Origin: the human T2T-CHM13v2.0 reference genome, Homo sapiens | Strand: one strand, 5' to 3' | NCBI RefSeq assembly: GCF_009914755.1 | Contig: NC_060945.1 | Length of the DNA: 64,000 nucleotides | Part shown: one piece after another, positions 38,026 through 53,030 of the stretch | How positions within the stretch are numbered: position 1 is the first letter of the stretch | How the letters are laid out: each line of letters opens with the position of its first letter | The notes under the pieces: generated by a model | What the model saw: only the letters and a program-made list of their open reading frames with translations | Told to the model about the DNA's origin: nothing | The model's database searches: none | Program-made: the position numbers and the translations under genes

Positions 38026-38915
38026 AGTGTGAGGTTTAAAAACGTGTGAGTTTTAAAAATGTTTGACAACAGCAAAAAAGGTGTGAGAGGGGATGGAAAG
38101 ATGCTATTTTAATATCACATTACTGCGTAAGTTAAAGATACATACTATTTATCTTAAAGCTACAAATAAAAGAAAAAACAAGAATTATAGCTAATAAGCC
38201 AACAAAGAAGATAAATGGAATTAAAAACACAATGCAAAAGAAGGCAGAAAAAAGAAAAAATAACAGATGGAACAAATATAAGAAGAAAAGTAAGATAATA
38301 GATTTAAACCCAATCATATTAATAATCACAGTCATGTTCTAATTGCCCAAACAATTCAACTGGGGCAGAGATTATATGATTAGATAAGAAAGCCAGACTC
38401 AACTTTATGTTGCTGACAGGGAAAAACACTTTAAATATAAATATATAAAATTGGCTTAAAATCAAAAGATGGAAAAATATATACCATCGCACTATTCAAA
38501 AGATGGCCAGAGTGGCTATTACAATATCAAAGTAGATATCAGATAAGTAACATTGTAAGAAATAAAGAGGATTTTTTATAATAATAAAGGGATTAGTTCA
38601 TCAAGAGATCTTAACAACCCTAACCATGTACGCACCTAATAAAGCTTCAAAATACATGAAGCAGAAACAGCTAGAATGTAAGGAGAAGTACACAAACCAA
38701 CAATTACAGTCAGAGAGTTCAACACCTCATTTCAATAACTGATAGAACAAATTGATAGACAACTTAGTAAAGGCAGACAAGACTTGAAGGATACTATCAG
38801 CCAAATTAATATTTATCAAATATGTCACCCAGCAACAGGAGAATACACATTCTTTTCATCTGTACACAAACAATTTACCAAAATAGGCCGTATTCTGGGT
38901 CATAAAACAATTCCC

Positions 38916-39249
<334 letters not shown>

Positions 39250-40768
39250 TCATGGTATGTTCTCTGGCCAATCGGAAATATATCAGGTATTAATAATACA
39301 AAGATTTCTGAATAATCTCTAAATATTTACAAACTGAAAACAGATATCTGAATAACCCACCAGTCAAAGAAACGACGAACAAGGAAATTAGAAAGTATTT
39401 TAAACTGGTTGAAGATGAAAACACAATTTGAGATTCTTTTTCTGCCTTCTCTGGTTTTAACTGAGCATCTTACATGATTCTGTACACATTCCATGTATTT
39501 CTTTTCTTTGCATATCAATTTTTATTAAAAAATTTTTAAGGTGTTTTCCTAGAGTTTGCAATATACACTTACAACTAATCTAAATCCACTTTCAAATAAC
39601 GCTATGTTGCTCCACATACAAGTATCTTGTAACAGAATATTCCCAGTCCTCTCCCATCCCTTACCACATTGCTGTCATTTGTTTTACTTACCTATATGCT
39701 ATAATCACCCAATATCATTATAATTATTACTTTTAATAAATAGTTGTATTTTAGATCAACTAAGAATAAGGGGGGGAGGATTTTATATTTATTCATCCTC
39801 AAACACTTAGTTTCTTTATATAGATTCAAGTTTCTGACCTATATAATTTCCTTCTTCCTAAGGAACTTCTTCTAATATTTCTGGTAGAGCATGTCTGCTG
39901 GTGATTAATTCTCTCCATTTTTATTTGTCTGAGAACATTTTTATTTTTCCCTTACGCTGAAGAATAATTTTACTGGATATAGAACTCGAAGTTGGTGGAG
40001 TTCTTTCAACATTTTAAATATTTCACTCTGCTCTGTCCTTAGTTAAATGTAGACACAAAAATTCTCAAATTATGCCCAACAACATATAAAAAAGAAACTC
40101 CACTGTGACCTACTGGTGTTTATGCCAAGAATGTAAGGTTGGTTTAGCAATGGAAAGTCAATCAATGGAATTCACCACAATAAACATAAGGAAAAATCAT
40201 GTGGTCAATAGATACAGAAACACATTCCTGATAAATCTTAAAAGCATAAGACTCAGTGAAAGAAGTCAGGCAGAAAACACTACACACTATATAACCCCAA
40301 TGATGTGACATTCTGGAGAAGGCAAAACCATTGTGCTAGTAAAAAGATCAGTGGTAAAGAGTTTGTGGGAAGGGCTGGAGGACTGAATAGCTAAAGCACG
40401 GGAGATTATTTAGGGCAGTTATTCTGTATGATAGTGTATTGGTGGATATGTGATATTATAAACTTATCAAAAACCTGTGAAACTTTACAGTACAAAGAAT
40501 ACACCCCATTGTATGCAAATTTAAAAACCATTTAGGAAGCTCAAGGACCTCAGGATGGAATCCAGAATGTGACAAAACCATCTAACTGTATTACAAACGC
40601 ATGGAACATCCTCACTGAAGGGAGTGGGGGAACAGCACTGACCTAGTTCAGAATGAGTGGAGTCTTTAAGACTAAAGGCAAAGGAACAGTACGTAAGCAC
40701 TGGACTCTAGCTGACAAAGTTGTCTCCCAGTGAGGTGTGAATTAACAGTTCTGACACTACCATAATAT

Positions 40769-41153
40769 TGTCTTAGTCTGTTTTCTGTTGCTATAACTGA
40801 ATGCCTAAGACTAGGTACTTTATAAAGAAATCTATTTCTTACCATTCTGGAAGCTGGGAGGTCCAAGGTCAGGCGGCTGCATCTGGTGAGGGCCTTCTTG
40901 CTAGTGGGGACCCTCTGGAGAGTCCCAGGTGGCACAGGGCATCAGATGGTGAGGGTCTTACAAGAGATGGCCAGACTCGCTTTTACAACAGACCCATTCT
41001 TCTGAGAAGTAACTCACTCACTCCCGGCATAACCCATTCATCCATGAACTGATTAATCCAATCACCTCTCAAAGGTCCTGCCTCTCAACGCTGCTTCACT
41101 GGGGATCAAGTTTCAACACACGAACTTTTGGGGAACACATTCAAACCACAGCA
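40769..41153 (-). mobile_element. MaLR solo LTR (MST/MLT1-like)
   Basis: tgtcttagtctgtttt...gctgggaggtccaaggtc...ttcaaaccacagca. Confidence 0.8.
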
Positions 41154-42366
41154 CATGTATACTGAAAATTGAACAATTAAATACATGGATAGCAGATGGT
41201 AGGAGCCAGGTTTCTCACTATTAGGAGGTTACAGAAGCAAGAGGAGGCAGCTGGGATGACCCACATGGTGCTAGATTTGAGTTGGAGACATTGGTATGAA
41301 CTGATGTTTAGCCCTGTATAGATTTCTACGGCTACCTAGAGAAGTATTTTAGATATGCATATATACATGGTTAATATATGCACATATATTTTCTCCTCTG
41401 TGAGCTGAGAGGGTTTGGCAGCAACAACACCTCAATAGCTATAAGCACATCTCATGCTCAGATCTCGGTTTCCAATATGCTTCTTCAATGAAAGGAACCA
41501 GGGTTCCTTGGAGAACTGGTGGATTCCAGAGCTGGGGCCAGTAATATACAAGATGAGACTAGAACATCTTGTACTAAAATGTAGTAATAAAATGCCAAAA
41601 CAAACCTCAGATTGATGGGCTATGTCAAAGGGCTACAGGAGTTGACTGGAAGAGCTCCTAACGGGCAATGCTGGAACAGTGTGAGCAACAAAATCAAGAA
41701 GTGTTATTGCACTGTGACCCAAGTGTAAATACCCACAAGTCCACGCCAATCTAAATAAAGGATGCAATAACATATCCACAAATAAATGAAGGAGAAGAGA
41801 CAAATCTGCATGGAGGAATGACAAATAATTTATGTAGACACTCTGCCTCAGAGGGGGCGTAACTCCCCAGTTCTTGCGTGCAGGCTGGGCACAGCAACTT
41901 CCCTCCAAGACGGACTGTTCCGGAAGGGGAAAGAACACTCTCAGCAAGGAAGCGGACAAGCTGTCTTAGCCAGGTGATGAAAGTCCTCATCAATGGTGAC
42001 AATCATGCTGGTCATACGGATCCTTGACATGATTGTCTGAAGATGGTGGGTTACCTCAATGGTCTTCTTTCAAAACCCCATATTCCCAGTTTAATCATGA
42101 GAAAACCTCAGACGCCAGCAGATCCCAACTGAGAGACACTCTGCAGAATACCTGCCCAGTCCTCCTCAAAACTGACAAGGCCATCGAAAGTAAGAAAAGC
42201 TTGAGAAGCTGTCACAGCTAAGAGAAGCCTATGGGGACGAGATAACTAAACGTAGCATGGGATTCTGAACAGGATCCTGGGGCAGAAAAGGCGCCTTAGA
42301 GAAAAACTAATAATATCTGAATAAAGTGGGGACTTTGGAGAGCGACAATGTATCAGTATTGGTTCA

Positions 42367-42815
<449 letters not shown>

Positions 42816-42910
42816 CTAGAAAAAATAATAAACAGTTTAGTTATGGCAAATAAGCACATGAAAGAGTGTCATTATTCATGAGGGAAACGGAAATTAAAAC
42901 CCGGTAAGAT

Positions 42911-43215
42911 GGCTGGGGCGCAGTGGCTCACGCCTGTCATCCCAGCACTTTGGGAGGCCAAGACGGGCGGATCACGAGGTCAGGAGATCAAGACCATCGT
43001 GGCTAACATGGTGAAACCCCGTCTCTACTAAAAATACAAAAACTTAGCCGGGTGTGGTGGCGGGCGCTTGTAATCCCAGCTACTCAGGAGGCTGAGACAG
43101 GAGAATTGCTTCAACCTGAACCTGGAAGGTGGAGGTTGCAGTGAGCCGAGATAGCACCCACTGCACTCCAGCCAGGGCAACAGAGCGAGACTCCATCTCC
43201 AAAAAAAAAAAAAAA
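42911..43215 (+). mobile_element. Alu (Sc/Y-like)
   Basis: Alu consensus with poly-A. Confidence 0.95.
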
Positions 43216-43320
43216 GAAGTAAATGACCAATCCGCATGACTTGGTGAAGGAGTGACCGGCCCGTGCAATGCTGTGAATAAATGTCAAAGCAATTGTGCTC
43301 ATGACTGAGGCCAGTCTAAC

Positions 43321-43599
43321 AACAGAGTCTTGCTCTGTCATCCAGGCCGCAGTGTGGTGGCACAATCTCGGCTCACTACAACCTCCACCTCTCTGATTCA
43401 AGTGATTCTCCTGCCTCAGCCTCCCCAGTACCTGGGACTACAGGTGTGCACCACCATGCTTGGGTAATTTTTGCAATTTTAGTAGAGACAGGGTTTCACC
43501 ATGTTGGCCAGGCTGGTCTCGAACTCCCTACCTCAGGTGATCCGCCCGCCTCGGCCTCCCAAAGTGATGGGATGACAGGTGTGAGCCACTGTGCCTGGC
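43321..43599 (-). mobile_element. Alu (S-type), tail-less
   Basis: acagagtcttgctctgtc...gtgagccactgtgcctggcc. Confidence 0.93.
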
Positions 43600-45117
43600 C
43601 CCCTGAGTCCATTTCTATACAACTCTAGAAGGTGGAGATCCATCAGTAGCTCTGGAAACAGACCGACAGCTGCCTGGGGACAAGGGAGCAGTGTAAGAGA
43701 ATCTGAGGCGGAGGAAGAGATTTTGGGGTAAATATGTTCATGACCTAGATTTTAGTGACAGTTTCAGAAGTGCCTACGTATCATATTGTGTACTTTAAAT
43801 GTGTGCAGTTAATCTGTGCTCTCAATAAAGCGAAGCCAGGGTGCGGGAAGCAAGTAGGAACCCCAGAGTTGGAAATATGGGTTTTAGAGTAAAGTCTGTG
43901 GATTGTTGGTGTTACAGAGGGACCACAGCACTGTCTTTAGCATTCACCCCGGAAGTGTGTGGGTTTTTTCTGGAGTTTAAAATGATTAATTCTCCAGTCT
44001 ATAAACACAGACCGTCCACAGTGGCACATTCCAACAGAAGCCCTGTCATCGGAGCGGATTTCATTTCACCCAATCTTGTTACACAACAAACAGCTTGCAT
44101 TGAATAAGTCATAATTTTTAAGACAAATATGTCTTCTAAATTCTCTTAGAAAGCGTCTCATGTTTAAAAAATAACACTGCTAATAGCTGACTTCTCCTCA
44201 GCAGGCTGAGTGGAAACATGCCCCGCTGAACTTCTTGGCAGGAAGATGGCAGCCCAAGTTGCTGTCCTGATGGGGGGAACACATTTGGTCTCCAGCACTC
44301 AGATGGAAATTTCCAGAGACCTTTTTATCCCTTCGTCACATCTTTAATTTTTCAAATAGGCCTCTCTCTTGCTCCAGTTGCCAGGTTAACAAAGCTGCCA
44401 AGGCCAAGCAGAAACTGGCAAGCGTCCCCAGAGACGCATCTTAGTCTTCAACATAAACCAGACCTGATTCCGCCCGCTCTGCTGTCTCCAGCCACCTCCG
44501 TCCACGGGCAGCCAGCACAGGCACCTGGGAGGCCTAATCGGATCGCGGCTCCCGGAGGGTCACTAATCAGATTGTTTTGCCTGCCGTGTTCCTGTCAAAG
44601 CGAATGTGCAGCGTTTCCAGACGGACGCTCTCTTTAAAAGCACACGCTCCCCTCCTCACTCCAGTTAGAAAAAAACGGAGTGTGCAGGTGCATTGTGACT
44701 CATGAAATCGCTCTTCGCTCAAAGGTCTGTTAACAGACTTTGTTTTGGGTCAGATTCGGTTCTACAAACTGCTACCTGTGACCCTGACAGCATGATTTAC
44801 TCTCTCTGGGCCCCAACCTCCCGCGCCCTGTGGTCGAAGCGTCCCCTTCCTATCTACCATCGTGGGGCTCTTCGGACTCTGATTCGGTGTTTCTACAAAG
44901 TACACGAAAAAGAGACCGTTTATTTTCTATCGTGTGAAAGAAAGAAGCAACTGCAGAGGACACCAGCAAGGCTGCAGGTCTTGTGTGGGTCCCTGCAGCT
45001 TTCCTTCCAGGGAGAACAGGTAAAAGTTTCCTCCAGCATGAACGTCCAGCTGTGCAAAAGTCAAAGGCCAGCTATTAGGTACAGCAGACAGAGCAGCCCC
45101 AGGGACTGCTGTGAGAG

Positions 45118-45273
45118 GAGGGAGGAGACTTGAACCCTGGGCTGAGAGATGTGTTGGAGGATGACTTAACACTGTGGAAAGGACAGAAGCTGGCGAAGAG
45201 GGAGGAGACTTGAACCCTGGGCTGAGAGATGTGTTGGAGGATGACTTAACACTGTGGAAAGGACAGAAGCTGG
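45118..45273. repeat. 80-bp tandem duplication (2 near-identical copies)
   Basis: ggaggagacttgaaccctggg...ggacagaagctggc at 45121 and 45201. Confidence 0.93.
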
Positions 45274-45539
45274 CATGGGGGGCTGGAGGAGGCAAGGCCC
45301 TGGCTCAGCCCTGAAGTCGTGACAGCTTGTGGCCAGCCCGATGCCTGGTTCCTACCTGGGGAGGGGGCTGCATGGAGTCTGGGTTTGCAGGCCAACTGCC
45401 TATTCTTAGGGTGCAGCGACTTCCCCGTTATGCTGGGTGCGCACACTCCCCTGCTGGAGGGGTGCCCTGATGCTCTGAGCCAGTCAGCACAGCCTCCTCA
45501 CTGATCCCAGCTTCCAGGGGATGGCCCTTCAGCCATTAG

Positions 45540-45905
<366 letters not shown>

Positions 45906-46229
45906 TACTACAGCTACTTTGATACCAGGAGGGAAACAACCCTGAGAATAAGACAGATGGGTGAAGCACGGCATGGCAGAGATTTGTAGATAAATGTTAC
46001 TGGAACCCTGATCACATTGTACCTGAAGCCTGCTCTCCTCTGGACTTTCTAGTTATGAGTCAATATTAATCAACAAATTCATGTTTAAGCTGGTTTGAGT
46101 TGGGCATTCTTGAAACATAAAAGTCCCCATCTGATGCCAGCACTAAATGGAACATTCTTAGTACTAGAGAGGACATCAAGCTCTCAGGTTGCTAAAGTTG
46201 TCTTTCTGTGGGCTCATACATGCCAATGA

Positions 46230-46390
46230 TAACAATATAATAATACAGTGCCTGACCGTACCTGGGGTAGTGCCAAGGTCTCCACGGGCAGGAACTTGCT
46301 TCGTCTTCCCGATAGCATTATGGGCGGGAGCTGTAATTAGCTCCATCTTGCAGAGGAGGAAACAGGCTTACAGAGGGGCAAGCTTCACGC
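46230..46390 (-). mobile_element. MIR remnant
   Basis: ctccatcttgcagaggaggaaacaggcttacagagg core motif. Confidence 0.6.
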
Positions 46391-49300
46391 GCTTCCCTGG
46401 GTCCTGCTTTTCTTTCTTCCCACGAAGAGACAACCTGGGGTAGGGCAGGGGGTGGGGGATTGAGGACAGGCCAGCTTTGGTTTCTTTTGGTAAACTTTTT
46501 CCGTGTTTTTTTTTTCTTCTTCATTAGACACACGTAGGATGTTTCCAAAATCCGTGTGATTCAAGTGCATTCCCAGCATGTGTCTGTGTTTCTTTGCTTT
46601 GACTCCTTAAAGCAACACAGGGCACGTCCCCATCTGCGTCAACAGATCCTTCCGAGGCCTGAGGAAAACATTTCCACTTATGTTTTCAGTTATTTTTCTT
46701 TCCATTCAAATGTTTTTGTTTATTCCTCAAAAATGTCTAGAGCCCTTACTTGAGTGGGACTCTGTCTCCTCCAAGGATGTTGGCTGCTTTCACTCTCCCT
46801 CGGTGCAGTGCGACATCTCTGCCTTGGCCTCCAGGTCTGGTCTGTGACTGGCTCCCAGGAAGCGCCTCCTGGCCTTGTGACCTGCATTTCTCTGGAACTC
46901 AGCTGTAGCCCTTGCTTTTTATCTCACTCACTTCTTTTCGTGGCTTTTTGCTTCATTGTGGTGGATGCCGAGGCTTCCGGCCCTCGCCCATTCTGTTTGT
47001 CACAGCCCAGAAGTTTTAGGTGGGACCGCCTTCTACCTGCTGGGCTGAGGGGCCTTCGAATGGCCTCATGGTGGTTTATTCTCTGCCTTTCAATGTTTTT
47101 CCATTTTGCTTGTTCCCACAGTGTAAAGGCCAGCAGCGGCCGCACACCCTGCGTTTCAGTTTCTCAGCCTCTGCCGGGCTCTCCTCGCTGGCCGCATCTC
47201 CCCCTGCAGAGCCACCCGTGCTAACAGGCCAGACTGGCGGCCGCGCCGACCACCTGGGAGAGACGTCCCACACCTGCGCCCTGGCAGGACAACGAAGCCA
47301 AAGAGGCGGTGGGCGTTCCAGTGGGTGCTCCGGCCACCCTCCTCCCCCTCCGGACTCCATTCTTCCCAGGGCTGTGTCCTGGGCCTCACTTCCTGCCCTG
47401 AGCAGCCTGCCCCACCCCGGCCCGGCTCTCACGGCCCCTCTGCTCACGTCCAGGGCCTCGGACTGCCCATGTGTGGGAGGGGTCGGCTCTATCAGGTGGT
47501 TCTGACCTCGGTGAGCCCTGGGGCTGTGGGATGTCACCCCTGGCCCCACAGGAGGCCATCGGTTGGGGCCTGTTTTTCTCTCTTGGCTCCAAGTTTCAGG
47601 GCTTGCGTGCTTCTTTTTCACAATGTTAAACTGATCTTGGGGGGAAGCTGCAGACTCCCTGCTGTGCCCTCCTGAGAGAGTGGTGAACAGTCCCAAGTTT
47701 TAGATTCCATCCTTTTTCCCGAGAGTGGGGGAAATCCACTAACTGCCCAGCGCTTCTTATGGGGACCAGGGCCTGAGGAGGACTTGGCGCTGTTCTTGGG
47801 CCCGGGGCTGTGGGTGGCCAGCTGGCTGCAGCTGTGTGGGCCGGGAGGACCTCCCTGAACTCTGTGCTCCCTGGGGGTGCGCAGGCGCCCGGCCCCACCC
47901 CCACTTCAGTGAGCAGCCAAGTATCGGGCAGTGCCCCTCATCCTGGGGCAGAGAACACCGACGAGGGCCCCACCCCCAGGCAGAGGCAGTGGGCACTGTT
48001 TGGAGAGTCGCAGGGCCACAGGGCTGGCAGGAAGCGGGTGGAGGCCCTGCCCCAGCATGACAAGTGTGTCTTCCACACACCCCCCACCACGCAGTCTCCC
48101 CTGGAGTGCCTGGCTGGATCACTTGATGCCCGCAGGATGAGGAGTCAGCCCAGCTCCTGCCTCTGGTGATGGGGACTTTCAGGTTGTTGGTGGTTCAGGT
48201 TTTTCTGTTTTAGCTCCTACCTCATTAAAAATTATAAGAATAATTTAAAAGCCCTCTGGGTTTCTGTAGGTTGGTGGACATTCTGTGCGGAAAACACCTG
48301 CCTGACCGTAAGCACTTCTGAGGATGACCCAGCCCCACGAAGCAGCATACAGTGTGCACCACTGGGTCCCTTCTGTCTCCTTAGGGAACAAAGAACCCCC
48401 GCATTCACAAGGTGGCCCCAAAGCGTGACCCGCTCCAGAAAGCAGCACCCCCCCAGCGGGTGGGAGAGGCCCTGCCCCGTGTGTCCCGGCTGGCCCTGTG
48501 TGTCCTGGCTGGCCCCGTGCAGACGGGCAGACGGGCACTGCAGATGGGCAGCCACCGCCTTTGCTGGACGAGTACTTCCCACGTCCACTTAGCTGGGCAC
48601 AGGAGCTCACCTGTGCCCTCCAGTGGGGGCGTGGTGCGTAAGCAGTGCCCGGGGGCCACGGTGGGGGGCTCCTGGATTTGCCTCCAGAGACAACAGGATG
48701 GAAATTTGGTTCCGAGAATTTTATGTACATGTGGGTAGTTGAGGTTAATTAGCTTCTACTAAAATGCACAAACCAGGTGTCTACTTCTGGGTTCTGATAA
48801 CTTCATGCACGGGGGCACCCACCACCCAGAGCAGGCCGGGCTGTTTCCCCACGAAGCTCCTTTCCCACCAGTTCCCCACCTGCTGCTGGACGGGCCCCAG
48901 GAGGATTCTTCGCTTCCCTCGGTGGGTTTCTTCACTTCCCTCCCTGCAGGTGGGTTTCTGTTCCTGATGTGGGGATAGTGGTCTTCTCGCTGCTGAGAGG
49001 GCTTCGAATGCACCACAGCTAGATGGACAGACATCAGTGAAACTGCCGCCAACAGACTTGGCCCTTGCAGCATCCATCCCCAGGAGGAACTTGCAGCCTC
49101 CACCCCGGCCCCCTGGGCCTTCTCCCAGTGCCTCCTGGAGGCCCCTGCCCGGCGCCCCTGCTCATCCTGCCCTTGTCTACAGCTGCGTGAGCTGCAGATG
49201 CAGGAGGACCCTGGGACGAAGCTCCCTGCCCTGCCCCCTTGCCCCCTCACGTGGCACCCTGGCCCAGCTCATTCCCCTGCCTGCAGGGCCGGTGCTGTGA

Positions 49301-51879
49301 GCAGCTCTGGGGTCATGGCTTGGTTTCTCCCTGGCAAACTGGTGCCTTCACAGCTGATTTATATTTCAAACATGGACGCCATCTCCCTGGCCCCTCACAC
49401 CGCGTTAGCGGCCCAGCCTGTATTCCATTAGCTGATTAAGCCTTTTCTTGTCCTTCATTTGTTAGAAATAGAAGTTGGCTGAACCCCCCAAGCTTTCACC
49501 AATAACATCTTTTTTTGTCCTTTGTTTCCGTCTTCCTCTCGTTGACAATAAAAGTCTTCTCTCCTTCTTCAGAGACACTGGCTGTCCTTCTGCCCCACCC
49601 AGCCCCCGGTCCCTGCCAGGGAAAGGTGCGCCCCCCGGAACCACCTGGGAAGGACACTGCGGGGCCTGTGAGCTTGTTCAGCTGCTGGCTCAGCTCAGCT
49701 GGAACCTCCAAAATGAGGCTGAAGCTGCCTGGGGTATGCTCCTGGTTTCCATGGGTCTTCGGGGCCATCAACCTACAGGTCGATTTTGAGGGTGAGACAA
49801 CCCTTGAGTTCCCCCTGGGGCAGGGCCAGGGGCCGGGAATAAGAGGTGGCATCTGGGGAGCTGCCCGTGGCAAGGGATGCTGCAGAGAGAGACGAAAGGT
49901 CAGTTCCCACCTCTCCCCAGACAGCCTCGGGCTGTACAGGAAAGCGTGCCACGGCACCAAGCAATGCTTGACACTGATTCACGCCTCTGAACACATGATG
50001 CCATCCCTTCTCACGGTGAGGAGGACCCGTCAGAGCGACCCGGGCCCATGCACCATCCCACCCCTGACACAGGGCAGCCCGTGCCTTCCTGCCAGTGGCT
50101 GCAGTGGTCTGGGCGAGCAGCCCTCACCTCGCAGGAAGCAGTGCTTGCCTGCCTCTTATGGCTTCTGGCCCAGGGGTTACATCTCTCTGGACCACGTGGC
50201 ACTGCCTGGGCACTCCTTGGAGGGGCTTCAGCTGTGCAGACACCCCTGCTGAGGACGCCTCCTCACTAGCCCCCCAGGCACTCCCAGGGTGGGGGGCTCT
50301 GTTTAGTGCTGCTGGCTCTGGGCCACAAGCCACCCAGCTGGCTGGCAGCTCCACCACACCAGGGAGTGATTGGCACTTTTCGGCAGGAAGAAGAGGGCAG
50401 CTGTGCCGGATCCGCAAGATTTCACGGAATCAGAAAGTCCTTCCTGAACTCCGTTCAACAAGAATCCAGACGCTCAATTGGACCCATGAGGTTTCAAAGT
50501 TGCCAAGGCTGTGAGCCCCAGGAGTTAGAGGGTGAGGGTCCTGCCCAGCTGGGAAGCCACGTGGCCCAACGGCCAGGACACAAGATGCCATGGGGCAAGC
50601 ACTCTGCCTCTGTGGGCCCTCCCTCCACAAAACATCAAAAATCCTGTTTTACGTCTGTGTTGATAAGAAGCCCAAATGTGCTAATATTATATATGAAAAC
50701 ATTTTATTTGATCTAAAATTTCTTTTTTCTTTTCTTATGATTTAAAAGTAATTACAACAGTGTTGTGGGCTCTGAGTTGGCCTGGGGGAGGCTGGGGGTG
50801 ACTAGGGAGGTGGCTACTGGGGGCCCCTGAAGGACCTGGAGGAGCTTGGCGACTCCGGTGGTGAGAACCAGGGCAGGAGGACCACCGGGTGACAGGCAGG
50901 AGAGGCAGGACAATCCACCTGCTCAGGGGGCCCGGGTGGGCTGCGTGGGGTGCATCCCGGCTTAGGAAAGGGCCTCGACAGCTGGCCATTGCACAGCCCC
51001 GTGGCAGGTGGGTGGAGGGTTGCTGATCTGACCCTCAGATCCTGCCCACGTGACCCTGGATGCCTGGAGCTAGGGCACAGCCAGGCCCCGCCATGGGGCT
51101 GGAGGTGAGCTTTGCACGTGCTTGGACTCCCCAGGGTCAGGTGAGTGGTGACAGTGACCAAGTCTGCACTTGGGGTCATGTGAGTGGTGACCGTGATGTC
51201 TGCACTAGCTTTTGGGGAAGGTGCGTGGTCTCACACCCAAGGTGGGGAAGAAGGTTTGGCATGGCCTGGAAAGTTCCTGAGCCTTCACTGCCCTTCAGGG
51301 AGCCTGGGAGGGGCCTGGGGGACTGGGGCTGGTGTGGTCTCCACTCGGGACCTGCACGCGCCCCAGGCAGGCAGCGAGGCCAGCAGGCAGAGGTGGGTGA
51401 GTGTCCTCGCCGTGTGACTCTGGCCCGTCCTTAGCCACGGGGGCTCCTGTGTGGGTAGCTGTCGCAGGCCCACTCCTCCTTTCCGAACCCCAGAATCGAT
51501 TTCCTGGTGGAGGTGTGAGGACGCGTCGCAGCTGTCTCTCTCTGAACCTGCTGCAGGTTCTGGCCCGAGTGCCTGGATGCCAGACACCCGCGAGCTCTGC
51601 ATCAGACCCGCCTGCCTGGGCAGCCTGGGGCTCACCTCTTGTTTGTCTTTCAACCTGAGCTGGCCCTGAGCCAGTTTGTACAAAGAGTCTGTCGCTTTGA
51701 TGGGACTTTTCCCTGGCACTGGCTGGATGTCCAATCACCACCCTGCACCCACATCCCTCCCACTCAGCCTGGAGCTCTGCACTCAAGTGCTGCGTCTTCA
51801 GGGTGTCTCTGCCAAACTCCACTCGAATCAGGACTCCAGCTGCCACGATGTGCATTCCCAGCCCTGGTCCCTCCCTGCC

Positions 51880-51995
51880 CTGACAGGGTTCCCCCCACCC
51901 CGCTCCCAATCCAGACAGGGTTCCCCCCGCCCCGCTCCCAATCCAGACAGGGTTCCCCCTGCCCCGCTCCCAATCCAGACAGGGTTCCCTCCACC
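51880..51995. repeat. ~33-bp tandem repeat (~3.5 copies)
   Basis: gacagggttccccc...cccgctcccaatcca. Confidence 0.88.
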
Positions 51996-52060
51996 CTGGC
52001 CTGCAGTTCCTGGAGAGGAGTGCTTCCGGGGGAGGAGAGGGTCACCTCTTGTGCACAGCA

Positions 52061-53030
52061 CCCCTGGGATGCGGGTGCCCCTGGGATGCGGGTGGCCCTG
52101 GGATGCAGGTACCCCTGGGATGGGGGTGCCCCTGAGATGCGGGTACCCCTGGGATGCGGTGGCCCTGGGATGGGGGTGCCCCTGGGATGAGGGCAGCCCT
52201 GGGATGCGGGTACACCTGGGATGGGGGTACCCCTGGGATGCGGGCGCCCCTGGGACGTGGGCGGCCCTGGGACGGGGGTGCCCCTGGGATGGGGGTGCCC
52301 CTGGAATGGAGGCGCCCCTGGGATGCGGGTGGCCCTGGGACACGGGTGCCCCTGGGATGGGGGTGCCCCTGGGATGCAGGCGGCCCTGGGATGCGGGTAC
52401 CCCTGGGATGGGGGCGCCCCTGGGATGCGGGCAGCCCTGGGATGCAGGTGCACCTGGGATGGGGGTGCCCCTGGGATGGGGGTGCCCCTGGGATGCGGGC
52501 AGCCCTGGGATGTGGGTGCCCCTGGGATGGGGGTGCCCCTGGGATGCGGGTGGCCCTGGGATGCCGGTGCCCTGGGATGGGGGTGCACCTGGGATGCAGG
52601 TGCCCCTGGGATGGGGGTGCCCCTGGGATGCAGGCGCCCCTGGGGTGGAGGTGCCCCTGGGATGCGGATGCCCCTGAGATGTGCTTGCCCCTGGGATGGG
52701 GGTGTCCCTGGGATGCGGGCAGCCCTCGGATGCGGTTGCCCCTGGGATGCGGGTGCCCCTGAGATGTGCTTGCCCCTGGGATGTCGGTGCCCCTGGGATG
52801 GGGGTGCCCCTGGGATGCGGGTGCCCCTGAGATGTGCTTACCCCTGGGATGGGGGTGCCCCTGGGAGGCGGGTGCCCCTGGGATGGGGGTGCCCCGGGAT
52901 GCGGGTGGCCCTGGGACGCGGGTGCCCCGGGATGCGGGTGCCCCTGAGATGCGGGTGCACCTGGGATGTCGGATGCCCCTGGGATGTCAGATGCCTCTGG
53001 GATGTCGGTGCCCCGGGATGCCGGTGCACT
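52061..53030. repeat. 17-bp minisatellite (~55 copies)
   Basis: Unit cccctgggatg(c/g)gggtg; ctggga at 52064, 52081, 52098, 52115. Confidence 0.97.
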
